NCBI GenBank assembly: GCA_050951805.1
Contig: JBMNJT010000002.1
Coordinates: 1,088,001 to 1,152,000, forward strand
Reading direction: 5' to 3'
DNA from: Bacillota bacterium
GTDB lineage: Bacteria > Bacillota > DTU025
Length of the DNA: 64,000 bases
Part shown: positions 29,154-39,175 of the stretch, piece by piece
Position numbering within the stretch: position 1 is the first letter of the stretch
Layout of the letters: each line of letters opens with the position of its first letter
Program-made: the position numbers and the translations under genes
The notes under the pieces: model-generated
What the model was told of the DNA's origin: nothing
The model's database searches: none
The model's input: the letters and a program-made list of their open reading frames with translations, nothing else

Positions 29154-30695
29154 ATTAGCCCATTTATTCAGGCATTAATTTATGTAGCTGTAGTGGCTCT
29201 CTCCGCTTATCTGGGATACCTTGCGCGAAAGAAGATTGCCGAGGCCAAAATCTCGGTTGCGGAGGATGCTGCAAAGAACATAATTGAAGAGGCTGAGAGG
29301 GAAGCCGAAGCCAAGAAGCGCGAGGCTGTTATCGAAGCCAAAGAAGAAGTACATCGAATGCGGAGCGAGTTCGATCGCGAATGCCGTGACAGACGCAACG
29401 AACTCCAACGTGTGGAGAGGCGTATACTTCAGAAAGAGGAGTCGCTCGACAGGAAGTCCGATCAACTAGAGAGAAAAGAAAGCCAGATCGATCGGCGTGA
29501 AAAAGAAATAGACAGAACTCAGGCTGAAATAGTGAAGATTCATCAGGAGCAAAGGCAGGAGCTCGAGCGCATCGCCGGCCTAACTACCGACCAAGCTCGT
29601 GAACAGCTCTTACGAGAAGCTGAGGAAGAGATAACTCATGATGTGGCTGTCATGATCAAAGAAGCTGAGTCGCAGGCTCGGGAGGAGGCAGAAAGGCGCG
29701 CCCGGGAGATCGTTACACAGGCGATACAGAGGTGCGCGGCGGATCAGGTTGCAGAAGGCGCCGTGTCCGTAGTCGCTCTTCCCAACGACGAGATGAAGGG
29801 ACGCATAATAGGTCGTGAGGGAAGGAATATTCGGGCACTTGAAACCCTGACAGGGATCGATCTTATCATTGACGATACTCCTGAGGCGGTCATATTGTCC
29901 GGGTTTGACCCGGTGAGGCGCGAGGTCGCCCGTATTGCCCTTGAAAAACTGATTCAGGATGGCCGAATTCATCCTGCCCGCATTGAAGAGATGGTGGAGC
30001 GTGCACAGAAGGAAGTGGACGCCGTTATTCGGGAGGAAGGGGAACGCGCAACTTTTGAGGTTGGAGTTCATAGCATCCATCCTGAATTGGTCAGGCTTTT
30101 GGGCAGGCTCAAATACCGAACGAGCTATGGGCAAAATGTCCTGCAACACTCTATAGAGGTTTCGCATCTTGCAGGGATAATGGCTTCGGAGATCGGAGCC
30201 GACGTCGCCATGGCGAAGCGTGCAGGATTGCTTCATGATATAGGGAAGGCTACTGACCACGAGATGGAAGGGCCTCATGTTACTATTGGTGCAGATCTGG
30301 CGCGAAAATACCGTGAATCCCCGGCGGTGGTCAATGCCATTGCGGCACACCATGGGGATGAGGAACCGCAGACGATCGAGGCGGTACTCGTTCAGGCGGC
30401 TGATGCTGTCTCGGCTGCGCGCCCGGGCGCGCGGCGGGAAACTCTTGAGGCATATATCAAACGCCTTGAGAAGTTGGAACAAATTGCTGACTCGTTCGAA
30501 GGAGTCGACAAGGCATATGCGATACAGGCTGGTCGGGAAATAAGAATCATGGTCAAGCCCGACAAGATAGATGATCTTGCATCCGTTAAGCTGGCACGGG
30601 ATATTGTGAAAAAGATCGAACAGGAACTGGAGTATCCCGGCCAGATTAAGGTGACAGTAATACGCGAAACAAGATCGGTCGATTACGCCAAGTAA
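29154..30695 (+). CDS. rny: Ribonuclease Y (probable ATT start)
   Basis: KH domain ([13 protein letters not shown]) and HD domain (LLHDIGK); the full TM anchor requires ATT at 29154 after SD AAAGGGGGGTG. Confidence 0.96.
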   Translation: MSPFIQALIYVAVVALSAYLGYLARKKIAEAKISVAEDAAKNIIEEAEREAEAKKREAVIEAKEEVHRMRSEFDRECRDRRNELQRVERRILQKEESLDRKSDQLERKESQIDRREKEIDRTQAEIVKIHQEQRQELERIAGLTTDQAREQLLREAEEEITHDVAVMIKEAESQAREEAERRAREIVTQAIQRCAADQVAEGAVSVVALPNDEMKGRIIGREGRNIRALETLTGIDLIIDDTPEAVILSGFDPVRREVARIALEKLIQDGRIHPARIEEMVERAQKEVDAVIREEGERATFEVGVHSIHPELVRLLGRLKYRTSYGQNVLQHSIEVSHLAGIMASEIGADVAMAKRAGLLHDIGKATDHEMEGPHVTIGADLARKYRESPAVVNAIAAHHGDEEPQTIEAVLVQAADAVSAARPGARRETLEAYIKRLEKLEQIADSFEGVDKAYAIQAGREIRIMVKPDKIDDLASVKLARDIVKKIEQELEYPGQIKVTVIRETRSVDYAK

Positions 30696-30733
30696 TTGTG
30701 GGCTATCGAAGTCCGGTACGCGTAAGATGGTCA

Positions 30734-30760
30734 GCAGGAATCGCTTCTGTGAAAGAGAAG
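30734..30760 (+). promoter_or_regulatory. Sigma-H-type promoter
   Basis: GCAGGA-N17-GAAG. Confidence 0.5.
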
Positions 30761-30780
30761 TTCGTTACAGGAGCGGAGAG

Positions 30781-31332
30781 ATGAAGAAGAAGGTGATAGC
30801 GGTGAAAGAGGTGCGAACTAAGGAAATCGATGGATCATCGGCCAGCATTGGACTGCTCGTGTCCATACTCGTCCGGTATCCAGAGGTCTGCACAGTTTCG
30901 TACACGCCAGATGCAAAGATGCTCGGGTTCTCGTTCATGGTGTCGAGGCGCCTTGAAGACGATGAGGTTGAAGGCTTTCGCAGTAGCGTTCTTGACAGCA
31001 TCTCTGTTTACCTGGACCTTCTGAAGTTCGGGGAGACGCCCACGGTAGAGGTGTGCGCCGTATATCTTGGAAGCATCACCCAGATACAGGTGACAAGGGA
31101 CGTTGCAACCCTCACAGGCGATGAGATATCGCTTCTGATTGGGCTCATAATAGATGCTTTCGATGATGATCTCGTAACGGACAGGTCGGAAGACCTCGAA
31201 GAGGAAGAGATGATCGTCCAGGAGGAGTTCATCGCTAATCTCCTTGTTGATTTGAAAGAGACGACTCAAGAGAAGAGGCTAATCGGGTTTCGCGAGGGGG
31301 GCCGTGTAATAGTGTACAATCGGCCCGCGTGA
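30781..31332 (+). CDS. Acidic hypothetical protein between rny and ymdB
   Basis: SD before ATG 30781; protein-like ORF (LL.SIL.RYPE ... L.GFRE.GRV.VYN). Confidence 0.8.
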   Translation: MKKKVIAVKEVRTKEIDGSSASIGLLVSILVRYPEVCTVSYTPDAKMLGFSFMVSRRLEDDEVEGFRSSVLDSISVYLDLLKFGETPTVEVCAVYLGSITQIQVTRDVATLTGDEISLLIGLIIDAFDDDLVTDRSEDLEEEEMIVQEEFIANLLVDLKETTQEKRLIGFREGGRVIVYNRPA

Positions 31333-31429
31333 TCTGGCGGAAACTGAGCCTCTTGAGAATATGTTCGAATAAGGCGGGCAGGTTTACAGATGAACCTGCC
31401 CTTATTCGTCCTAAAGAAGAAACGGAGGA

Positions 31430-32227
31430 GTGCCGTTGAGAGTTGCAATGCTTGGGGATATCATAGGCAGGCCCGGACGGAGGCACACGCTTCGCTGGAT
31501 AGCAGATCTCAGATCCCGCGAAGAACTCGATTTCGTTGTTGTTAATGGGGAGAATGCCGCAGGAGGCATCGGCCTTACACCAGATGTGTCACTGGAGATA
31601 TTCGACGCGGGGGTTGACGTAATAACCACAGGAAATCACGTCTGGCGTAACAGGGAGATGGCCGGGTTCCTCCAGACCGAAAAACGCGTGCTACGTCCGG
31701 CCAACTATCCGCAAGGTGTGCCCGGAAATGGATGGACCATAGTGACCAGGGGCGCCTTGCGCCTTGCCGTGCTTAACCTTCAGGGCCGCGTTTTCATGCA
31801 GCCTATTGACTGCCCTTTCATTTGCGCCGATCGAGCTATTGAGCAGATAGGTTCCAACGCAGACGCCATTGTTGTGGATTTTCACGCCGAAGCCACCAGC
31901 GAAAAACAGGCTCTCGGGCTTTATCTTGATGGCAGAGTGTCAGCGGTGGTTGGCACGCATACGCATGTACAGACATCTGATGAGCGGGTCCTTGCGAACG
32001 GGACTGGATTCATCACGGATCTGGGGATGTGCGGCCCCGTCAACTCAGTTATCGGAATGGATCCGGATACGGTGATTCCCAAGTTCATAACTGCCATGCC
32101 CTCCAAGTTTCAGGTGGGCAAGGGGCCGGTGATTGTGTGCGGGGTCATAGTAGAAATCGATACTTCTACTGGGAAAACGAAGTACGTGCAACGATTCTTG
32201 GAGGAACTTGATGATACCATTCGATGA
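31430..32227 (+). CDS. ymdB: YmdB-family metallophosphoesterase
   Basis: GD..G.PGR, NGENAAGG, TGNH, DFHAEATSEK and GTHTHV motifs. Confidence 0.95.
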   Translation: MPLRVAMLGDIIGRPGRRHTLRWIADLRSREELDFVVVNGENAAGGIGLTPDVSLEIFDAGVDVITTGNHVWRNREMAGFLQTEKRVLRPANYPQGVPGNGWTIVTRGALRLAVLNLQGRVFMQPIDCPFICADRAIEQIGSNADAIVVDFHAEATSEKQALGLYLDGRVSAVVGTHTHVQTSDERVLANGTGFITDLGMCGPVNSVIGMDPDTVIPKFITAMPSKFQVGKGPVIVCGVIVEIDTSTGKTKYVQRFLEELDDTIR

Positions 32228-32245
32228 AACTTGTGCCAATGATCA

Positions 32246-32272
32246 GAAGGAGTTTTCCAAGAAAGGGCTAAT
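32246..32272 (+). promoter_or_regulatory. Sigma-H-type promoter of spoVS
   Basis: GAAGGA-N17-TAAT; spoVS is sigma-H-dependent in B. subtilis. Confidence 0.55.
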
Positions 32273-32321
32273 ACATCAGTTAGGAGTAGATGCTGATTTA
32301 GCCAACCAGGAGGATAATGTC

Positions 32322-32582
32322 ATGGAAGTCCTAAAGGTTTCTGCCAAGTCAAATCCTAATTCAGTGGCTGGAGCTCTAGCAGGGGTGATACGTGAGCGCG
32401 GAGGCGCGGAGGTGCAAGCTATCGGAGCGGGCGCCATTAATCAGGCGGTTAAGGCAGTGGCTATTGCTCGAGGATTCGTAGCACCGAGCGGGCTGGATCT
32501 GGTATGCATACCTGCCTTTGTGGACGTGACGATTGATGGTGAAGAACGCACAGCTATCAAGTTTATCGTGCAGCCGCGGTAG
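32322..32582 (+). CDS. spoVS: Stage V sporulation protein S
   Basis: MEVLKVSAKSNPNSVAGALAG...ERTAIK sequence. Confidence 0.97.
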   Translation: MEVLKVSAKSNPNSVAGALAGVIRERGGAEVQAIGAGAINQAVKAVAIARGFVAPSGLDLVCIPAFVDVTIDGEERTAIKFIVQPR

Positions 32583-32790
32583 TCTAGGCTCTTCCTCCGC
32601 CAGGGTCGGAACGGCGTGCTTCTTGTTTTTGACGCTATAATACATATTTGTCTATACCTATATCACATGTTGCTCGCGATGGCTATGACGGCCGACCTTG
32701 GGTACAGTTTCCTGAAGGAGCATACCTGCTGCAAGGCGAATCCAAGAAGCGCGTTGGGAGGTGGAGTCGTACCGGAAGAAGGGGTCGTAG

Positions 32791-33324
32791 ATGCAACAAC
32801 TGGAAAGGGCCGTGCTCCGACCGCTCGAGGAGCGCGATCTTGACAGGATTGCGGGGTGGGACAGTGACTCTGAGCTCGCACATATGATGGGCGGGGTCCC
32901 CATAAGCATTGAGGAATCACGTGGTAGATATCTGAAGATGCTGAACGATCGGAATAGCCTGGTTATGGCCATCGTCGATCATTCAGGCCGGCTTATTGGT
33001 GACATCGAACTCACGGAGATTGCATGGCGAAGCGGCGATGCCGAGCTGAGCATAAAGATTGGGGATCCTGCCTATCGAGACCGAGGTATTGGCGAATGTG
33101 CTGTCAGGGAAATGTTGTTCATCGCCTTCGAACGCCTCGGCCTAAGAAGGGTGTATCTCAGGGTGTGCTCCGACAATCTGCGGGCTGTCAGGTGTTACAA
33201 GAAATGCGGATTTCGCCGCGAGGGAGTCGTGAAAAGGAGACTCGGTCCAGATGACCAAGTCAGGGTTGTTACTCTCATGACGATCCTGAGGTCCGACTTC
33301 ATGAACATGCAAGCCGTGTCTTAG
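32791..33324 (+). CDS. GNAT N-acetyltransferase (RimJ/RimL-like)
   Basis: LRPLE..D, R.RGIG and N.RA.RCY.KCGF..EG motifs. Confidence 0.9.
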   Translation: MQQLERAVLRPLEERDLDRIAGWDSDSELAHMMGGVPISIEESRGRYLKMLNDRNSLVMAIVDHSGRLIGDIELTEIAWRSGDAELSIKIGDPAYRDRGIGECAVREMLFIAFERLGLRRVYLRVCSDNLRAVRCYKKCGFRREGVVKRRLGPDDQVRVVTLMTILRSDFMNMQAVS

Positions 33325-33350
33325 TATTGTCTTAGTGAAAGAGCGAAATT

Positions 33351-33375
33351 AGAGGGCTTAGGCCCTCTTTTTTTT
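33351..33375 (+). terminator. Intrinsic terminator after the GNAT gene
   Basis: AGAGGGC-ttag-GCCCTCT followed by a long T run. Confidence 0.85.
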
Positions 33376-33416
33376 GTCCCCGAATAACAAAGTTGGCTTA
33401 ATATTTCTACACCCTT

Positions 33417-33480
33417 GAAGGAGAATGCCTTTCGGCATCGAAATCATATGCCAAGTGGAGCAAAGTGGAGTAAAGTGGTG
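33417..33480 (+). promoter_or_regulatory. mraZ promoter (sigma-H-like) with three MraZ-binding repeats
   Basis: GAAGGA-N17-GAAA; GTGGAG, GTGGAG and GTGGTG at 10-nt period (33455, 33465, 33475). Confidence 0.8.
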
Positions 33481-33486
33481 GCCAAC

Positions 33487-33927
33487 ATGTTCATTGGGGA
33501 GCACAGACATTGTCTGGATGATAAGGGGAGGGTGATAATCCCCGCTAAGTTCCGCGAGAAATTGGATGGCCGGTTCATTCTAACTCGCGGATTGGATGTC
33601 TGTCTTTTCGCCTTCACAATGGATGAATGGCGGCTTCAGGAAGAGAAGCTCTCCGCTTTGCCAATGACGATGGCAGATGGGCGCGCCTTCTCGCGGTTGT
33701 TCTTTTCGGGTGCAAGCGAGTGTGAACTGGACAAACAAGGAAGGGCCTTGGTCCCGGCGCATCTGCGGGAATATGCCAGGATCGAGCGGGACATCGTGAT
33801 AATCGGAGTATCTTCTCGATTCGAAATATGGGCGGCAGAAGTCTGGGAGGAATACCTGTCTCGCGTATCCACAGCTTATGAATCAATTGCCGAGAAGCTC
33901 GTTTCATACGGGCCAAATCAGCAATAA
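33487..33927 (+). CDS. mraZ: Division/cell-wall cluster repressor MraZ
   Basis: MF.GE....LD.KGR and D.QGR motifs. Confidence 0.96.
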   Translation: MFIGEHRHCLDDKGRVIIPAKFREKLDGRFILTRGLDVCLFAFTMDEWRLQEEKLSALPMTMADGRAFSRLFFSGASECELDKQGRALVPAHLREYARIERDIVIIGVSSRFEIWAAEVWEEYLSRVSTAYESIAEKLVSYGPNQQ

Positions 33928-33939
33928 CGGAGAGGGCAG

Positions 33940-34896
33940 ATGAGCTACACTCACCGACCAGTGATGTTGTCTGAGGTCTTAGAATATCTTGATCCGTCGC
34001 CGGGTGATGTGATATGCGATGCTACCTGTGGTGGTGGAGGCCATTCCCTGGAGATAGCTCGGAAGATAGGCGAATCTGGGGTTCTCATAGGCATAGATCT
34101 CGATCCTCAGGCTTTGAATGCAGCTAGGCAGAACCTGGAGGGCGTCTCCTGTCGCGTGATATTGGCGCGGGGGAATTACGGCGATATGGCCGTCATCTTG
34201 GAGGAGGCTGGCTACCCGAATCCAAATGGGATCCTGTTTGATTTCGGCGTCAGTTCGCATCAGCTCGATACGGCTGAAAGAGGCTTTACATACAGGGCCG
34301 AGGCGCCCTTAGACATGAGAATGGATCCAGACGGCCCGGTGACTGCCGCGGACATACTCAACACGGCATCAGAGGGGGAGCTGGAGAGGATCATCCGAGA
34401 ATATGGCGAGGAGCGATGGGCATCGCGAATCGCAGAATTCATTGTCGAGCGACGCAAGACTGCGCCGCTCCAAACGAGCGGGGACTTAGTCAACCTTATT
34501 TACGCTGCGGTTCCGCGCGGGGCGAGGCGAGATGGGCCACATCCGGCGCGAAGAACGTTTCAGGCTTTGAGGATCGCAGTCAATGACGAACTTGGGTCGG
34601 TAGAACGAGGCATCTTGGCAGCTATAGACAGGGTTCAACCAGGAGGCAGGATAGTGGCCATATCCTATCATTCCCTTGAAGACAGGGTTGTGAAGGAGGC
34701 CTTCAAAAGGGCGGAGCGTCCGTGCACGTGTCCACCGTCATTGCCTGTATGCGTATGCGGCAAGAAGAAGGTATTGGATGTCTTGACCAAAAAACCAATT
34801 GGCCCCACGGATGAAGAGGTCAGAAGCAATCCACGATCGAGAAGCGCCAAGCTGAGAGCAGCAAGGAAAGTTCTAGGCACATTAGGGGGTGAATAG
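33940..34896 (+). CDS. rsmH: 16S rRNA m4C1402 methyltransferase
   Basis: D.T.GGGGHS, LDMRMD, FQALRI.VN, HSLEDR and RSAKLR motifs. Confidence 0.97.
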   Translation: MSYTHRPVMLSEVLEYLDPSPGDVICDATCGGGGHSLEIARKIGESGVLIGIDLDPQALNAARQNLEGVSCRVILARGNYGDMAVILEEAGYPNPNGILFDFGVSSHQLDTAERGFTYRAEAPLDMRMDPDGPVTAADILNTASEGELERIIREYGEERWASRIAEFIVERRKTAPLQTSGDLVNLIYAAVPRGARRDGPHPARRTFQALRIAVNDELGSVERGILAAIDRVQPGGRIVAISYHSLEDRVVKEAFKRAERPCTCPPSLPVCVCGKKKVLDVLTKKPIGPTDEEVRSNPRSRSAKLRAARKVLGTLGGE

Positions 34897-34898
34897 GC

Positions 34899-35417
34899 AT
34901 GGAGTGCACCAACGCAAGACTTGGGGATGCCGGACGCGAATCGGTAAGGCGAAGGAATACGCGGTCTTTCCGGCTTATGGCCGAGTGTGTCATCGTCGCC
35001 GTTCTTGCAATTGTCCTTCTGGTTATGTCGATAGCTCAGAGAGCTGAGATAATGAGGGCATGCGATCGCCGGTCTGATGTTCAGGCCAGGCTGGATTTGC
35101 TTAAGAATGAGTGGGACAGGAAATCGTTGGAGCTGGCTCGGGTTGCCTCGCTGGAAAGAGTGGACGGTATCGCCCGCACGGAGTTGGGCATGGCGAGCCC
35201 TGACAACATGGGAATTGTGGTTGTTGATGCGCGCCCCATGCTTGCGGAGGCGGAAGTGGCGCCAGTGGCAGCTGGAACTCAAGGCCTGTCGGAACCGCCG
35301 ACTGTGCTTGCAGGCGTAGCAACGATAATGCAGCAAATGGCAGTAGCAGCGGTATCGAATCTTATTGCGGGTTGGTTCGCGGCTCCCCCGGCCCAGCTTC
35401 CATCTGTTCTTAGATGA
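34899..35417 (+). CDS. ftsL: Cell division protein FtsL (C-terminally extended)
   Basis: TM, coiled coil and ERV..IAR.ELGM motif; position after rsmH. Confidence 0.75.
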   Translation: MECTNARLGDAGRESVRRRNTRSFRLMAECVIVAVLAIVLLVMSIAQRAEIMRACDRRSDVQARLDLLKNEWDRKSLELARVASLERVDGIARTELGMASPDNMGIVVVDARPMLAEAEVAPVAAGTQGLSEPPTVLAGVATIMQQMAVAAVSNLIAGWFAAPPAQLPSVLR

Positions 35418-35429
35418 TATAACACTTGG

Positions 35430-37580
35430 ATGGGGGCTTTGCAGGTGCGGTCTCGAACTTCCTCTCGCACTGGATATCGCGCTGACGCGACGTCCGCCAT
35501 CATAAGGAAAAGGATCTACTCGGTCCTCCTTTTGATGGCCGGACTTTTTGTTGTTGTCTTGGGCCGCCTTGTTTGGGTGCAGATAGTGAAAGCTCCATAC
35601 TTCAGAGAACTTGCCCTTGAGCAGAGGATGCGACCGGTTCCGGTGGATCCTAAGAGAGGGACGATGTACGACAGGTGCATGCGGGAGCTGGCGGTTAGCA
35701 TAAGCGCCGATTCCGTGTACGCAATTCCTGCTGAAGTAAGCGAACCAGCCAAAACAGCTAAGGCGCTCGCGCACGTATTGGGTATGGGGGAGGATGCGCT
35801 TCTTGCGAAGCTCACCGCCACCCAACAGACGGTTTGGCTAAAGCGAAAGGTAGATCACGAGGCGGCTATGGAGGTTCGTCGGCTCTCACTGCCCGGAATT
35901 GCCGTGGCAGAAAGCGGGCAGAGGTTCTATCCAAAGGACACGCTTGCCGCTCACGTAATCGGGATCGCCGGGATCGACAACCAGGGCTTGGAAGGGCTGG
36001 AGCAGTATTACGATGCTGAGCTTAGGGGCGTCCGAGGCCAGATAGTGGCCGAAAGAGATGCGACCGGTCGCGAGATTCCCGAAGGCCGCCACTCATACGT
36101 GCCCCCTACTGACGGAAATAGCCTCGTTCTGACTATCGATGAAGTAATACAGTACATATGCGAGCGAGAGCTCGAGATCGCGATAGCGGAGACTGGGTCC
36201 ACGCGTGGGCTCATCCTTGCCATGGATCCGAAAACTGGAGAAATCCTGGCCATGGCGATGAGGCCCACATTCAACCCGAACAGCTATGGAAAGTACCCGA
36301 GCGAGTTCAGGCGTAACTTCATAGTCAGTGATATGTTGGAGCCTGGATCTACGTTCAAGGTTATTACCGCCGCTGCTGCCCTCGAGGAGGGCATCGTTAC
36401 CGCCTCAACCCCATTTTACGATCCGGGATATCTCAAGGTTGAAGACCGGACCATTAGATGCCACAAGCCGGGTGGGCATGGTTCGGAGACATTCATGGAA
36501 GCCCTCGAGAATTCCTGCAACCCCGTCTTCGCCACGCTTGCGTTAAGACTCGGGGTCGAAAAATTCGTCCAGTACGCTCGCGCGTTCGGACTACTCGAGA
36601 AGACGGGAGTAGATTACCCGGGGGAAGCTACAGGGATGATGCACCAGATATCGAAGGTAGGACCGGTGGAACTTGCGACCTACGGGTTCGGCCAGGGCAT
36701 ATCCGTCACGCCATTGCAGCTTCTGAATGCGATGTGTGCCATAGCCAACGGCGGGGCGCTGATGAGACCCATGTTGGTGAGGAAGATAATCGGCGCTGAT
36801 GGGGCTCTGGTTGAGGAGCATGTTCCCACAAAAGTGCGGCAGGTGATATCTTCTTCTACCGCATCAGAGCTTTCGAGGATGCTCCAATCTGTAATCGTCA
36901 ACGGCTCCGGCCAACGCGGGGCTGTGCCAGGTTATGCTGTGGCAGGGAAGACGGGTACTGCGCAAAAGCCCGAGCGTGGACGGTACGGTGACAAGAGGAT
37001 CGCATCGTTTATGGGTTACGGCCCGGCAAGCGACCCCAAGGTCGCAGTGCTTGTCATCCTCGATGAGCCCAGCTCGGATGTGAAATACGGTGGAGTGATT
37101 GCTGCCCCGGTCTTCCGCGCGGTGATGCAGGACATCTTTAGATACATGGAGATTCCGCCTTCATACGCCGTTGGAATGCCCCAGGGCACAGCAGGGTCGG
37201 GCAATAATGTTTTCGTGCCTGACGTGACCGGAAAAAGTCGGGCTGAGGCTGAGGCCGGGCTTAAGGAAGTCGGTCTTCTGTGGAGGCACGAGGGGGTTGG
37301 CGATGTCGTAACGAACCAAGTGCCTAAGGCTGGTTCGCAAGTTGGGGCGGGAACCACGGTCATCGTTTACTTTGGCCATGAGGAACTGTATAATCGTGAA
37401 GACGTTGAGATACAGGTACCGGACGTAATTGGGAAAACTCTAAAGGAGGCGGCCCTTGTTTTGGGCGCCCGTGGCCTTGGCGTGGATCCGTCAGGAAAGG
37501 GCCTGGTAGTTCGACAGACGCCCGCTCCGGGAACGCATGTCAAAAAGGGCGCGACCGTTACGATATTCCTTGAGGAATGA
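35430..37580 (+). CDS. spoVD: Class B PBP SpoVD/FtsI with two PASTA domains
   Basis: EPGSTFK, SCN and KTGTAQK motifs; C-terminal PASTA domains. Confidence 0.88.
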   Translation: MGALQVRSRTSSRTGYRADATSAIIRKRIYSVLLLMAGLFVVVLGRLVWVQIVKAPYFRELALEQRMRPVPVDPKRGTMYDRCMRELAVSISADSVYAIPAEVSEPAKTAKALAHVLGMGEDALLAKLTATQQTVWLKRKVDHEAAMEVRRLSLPGIAVAESGQRFYPKDTLAAHVIGIAGIDNQGLEGLEQYYDAELRGVRGQIVAERDATGREIPEGRHSYVPPTDGNSLVLTIDEVIQYICERELEIAIAETGSTRGLILAMDPKTGEILAMAMRPTFNPNSYGKYPSEFRRNFIVSDMLEPGSTFKVITAAAALEEGIVTASTPFYDPGYLKVEDRTIRCHKPGGHGSETFMEALENSCNPVFATLALRLGVEKFVQYARAFGLLEKTGVDYPGEATGMMHQISKVGPVELATYGFGQGISVTPLQLLNAMCAIANGGALMRPMLVRKIIGADGALVEEHVPTKVRQVISSSTASELSRMLQSVIVNGSGQRGAVPGYAVAGKTGTAQKPERGRYGDKRIASFMGYGPASDPKVAVLVILDEPSSDVKYGGVIAAPVFRAVMQDIFRYMEIPPSYAVGMPQGTAGSGNNVFVPDVTGKSRAEAEAGLKEVGLLWRHEGVGDVVTNQVPKAGSQVGAGTTVIVYFGHEELYNREDVEIQVPDVIGKTLKEAALVLGARGLGVDPSGKGLVVRQTPAPGTHVKKGATVTIFLEE

Positions 37581-39175
37581 TGTGTATGCCACATAACAGC
37601 TTGGAAAGTTTGCTGCAAGGTGTTTCGCACGAGCTTTCAGGAGATCCAAGCACCGAGATAACAAGCCTCTCATACGATTCTCGAAAGGTGGACGGACAGG
37701 GGACTCTGTTCGCGGCATTCGTCGGGGCGCGATTCGACGGGCACCGCTTCATCGACGAGGCGGTCAGGAGAGGCGCTTCTGCGGTACTTGTGTCAGAACC
37801 TGTACAGGTGCCTGAGGGCGTGAGTGTTGTCAGAGTAAAGGACACGAGGGCCACTTTGGCAGAAATTGCTAGAGTGTTTTATGGCGATCCGTCGTCCGAA
37901 CTCACAGCGATAGGGGTGACTGGTACCAAGGGCAAGACTACTACCGCCTTCATGATTTCGCACATCCTGAGCGAGTCTGGACGTCCCTCAGGGCTAATAG
38001 GGACAATGGGTTACATGGCCGGCAAGGGTTTGGAGCCCGGGCCTAACACTACTCCCGAGGCTGCCGACGTGCAGGCTATCTTGTATGAAATGGTAAGGGC
38101 GGGAAGGACACATGTGGCCATGGAAGCGTCCTCCCATGGGATAGCTCTTGGAAGGGTTGCGTTGGTCGATTGGGATGTTGGGGTTTTTACCAATATAGGC
38201 CATGATCACCTCGATTTTCACATTACCATCGACAACTACGTGGACGCCAAGGCGTCATTATTTCGCTCCTTGGGGAAGTTTGGAGCACGAGAGGGCAAGC
38301 TGTGGCCGAAGGTGGCTGTGATAAACATCGATGACCCGCATCATTGCGCCATCTTCGACGCTGCACAGGAGGCTGGCGCCGAAATAATCACTTATTCTGC
38401 TTTGGGGAGGGAAGGCCTCCGCGGGTGCCGACATTTGGGCGCTGTTGACGTAGTAACCGGCAGGAAAGGTACACGCTACACGGTCCATTGGCGGGAAAGT
38501 GAAGGACCGTCTTCGAAAATGGAGTCTGTGGGAGTCTGTTCCCCGCTCATAGGGGCATTTAATGTTTCAAATGCGCTTGCCGCCATCGGCGCTGTCCTTG
38601 CAGTGGGGGTGCCCCTTGGGGAGGCTGCTCGCGCGTTGTCAGGTTTTCCGGGTGTTCCCGGAAGGTTCGAAACTGTTGACGAGGGCCAGGATTTTGCGGT
38701 CGTCGTCGATTATGCTCACACCCCCGATTCCCTCGCGAACGTGCTAGCGACCGCCCGTGATATTTCCGATGGAAGGGTCATATGCGTCTTCGGATGTGGC
38801 GGCGACAGGGATCGATCGAAACGTCCGCTGATGGGCGCCATAGCGCAGAGGATGGCTGACTATTCCATAGTAACGTCTGATAACCCCCGCGGTGAAGACC
38901 CGGCAGACATTGTCAGGGAGATTGTCCAGGGGATGTCGGAGCATGAGGCCGGCGTCGAAGGCAAGGCAGGGCTGGAGGGGCGGGGAAAATGGAAGATAAT
39001 CCTCGACCGCGGGGAAGCCATACGCGAAGCAGTGCGGTGTGCCCGCCGTGGCGATGTAGTGCTTATTGCAGGGAAGGGGCATGAGACATACCAGATCTTC
39101 CGGGACGAGACGGTTCATTTTGATGACAGAGAAGAAGCTCGTGCGGCCTTGAGGGAGCTGAGGATGGATGCTTGA
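37577..39175 (+). CDS. murE: UDP-MurNAc-dipeptide:meso-DAP ligase
   Basis: GT.GKTT, EASSHG, DHLDFH, DYAHTPD and DNPR (DAP-type) motifs. Confidence 0.95.
   Translation: MMCMPHNSLESLLQGVSHELSGDPSTEITSLSYDSRKVDGQGTLFAAFVGARFDGHRFIDEAVRRGASAVLVSEPVQVPEGVSVVRVKDTRATLAEIARVFYGDPSSELTAIGVTGTKGKTTTAFMISHILSESGRPSGLIGTMGYMAGKGLEPGPNTTPEAADVQAILYEMVRAGRTHVAMEASSHGIALGRVALVDWDVGVFTNIGHDHLDFHITIDNYVDAKASLFRSLGKFGAREGKLWPKVAVINIDDPHHCAIFDAAQEAGAEIITYSALGREGLRGCRHLGAVDVVTGRKGTRYTVHWRESEGPSSKMESVGVCSPLIGAFNVSNALAAIGAVLAVGVPLGEAARALSGFPGVPGRFETVDEGQDFAVVVDYAHTPDSLANVLATARDISDGRVICVFGCGGDRDRSKRPLMGAIAQRMADYSIVTSDNPRGEDPADIVREIVQGMSEHEAGVEGKAGLEGRGKWKIILDRGEAIREAVRCARRGDVVLIAGKGHETYQIFRDETVHFDDREEARAALRELRMDA

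Noticed and set aside
32697-32746. HDV-like ribozyme reading of the GNAT leader (GCGAA followed by a P2-like strand)
   Set aside because: No P1, P3/L3 or P1.1 in the required order
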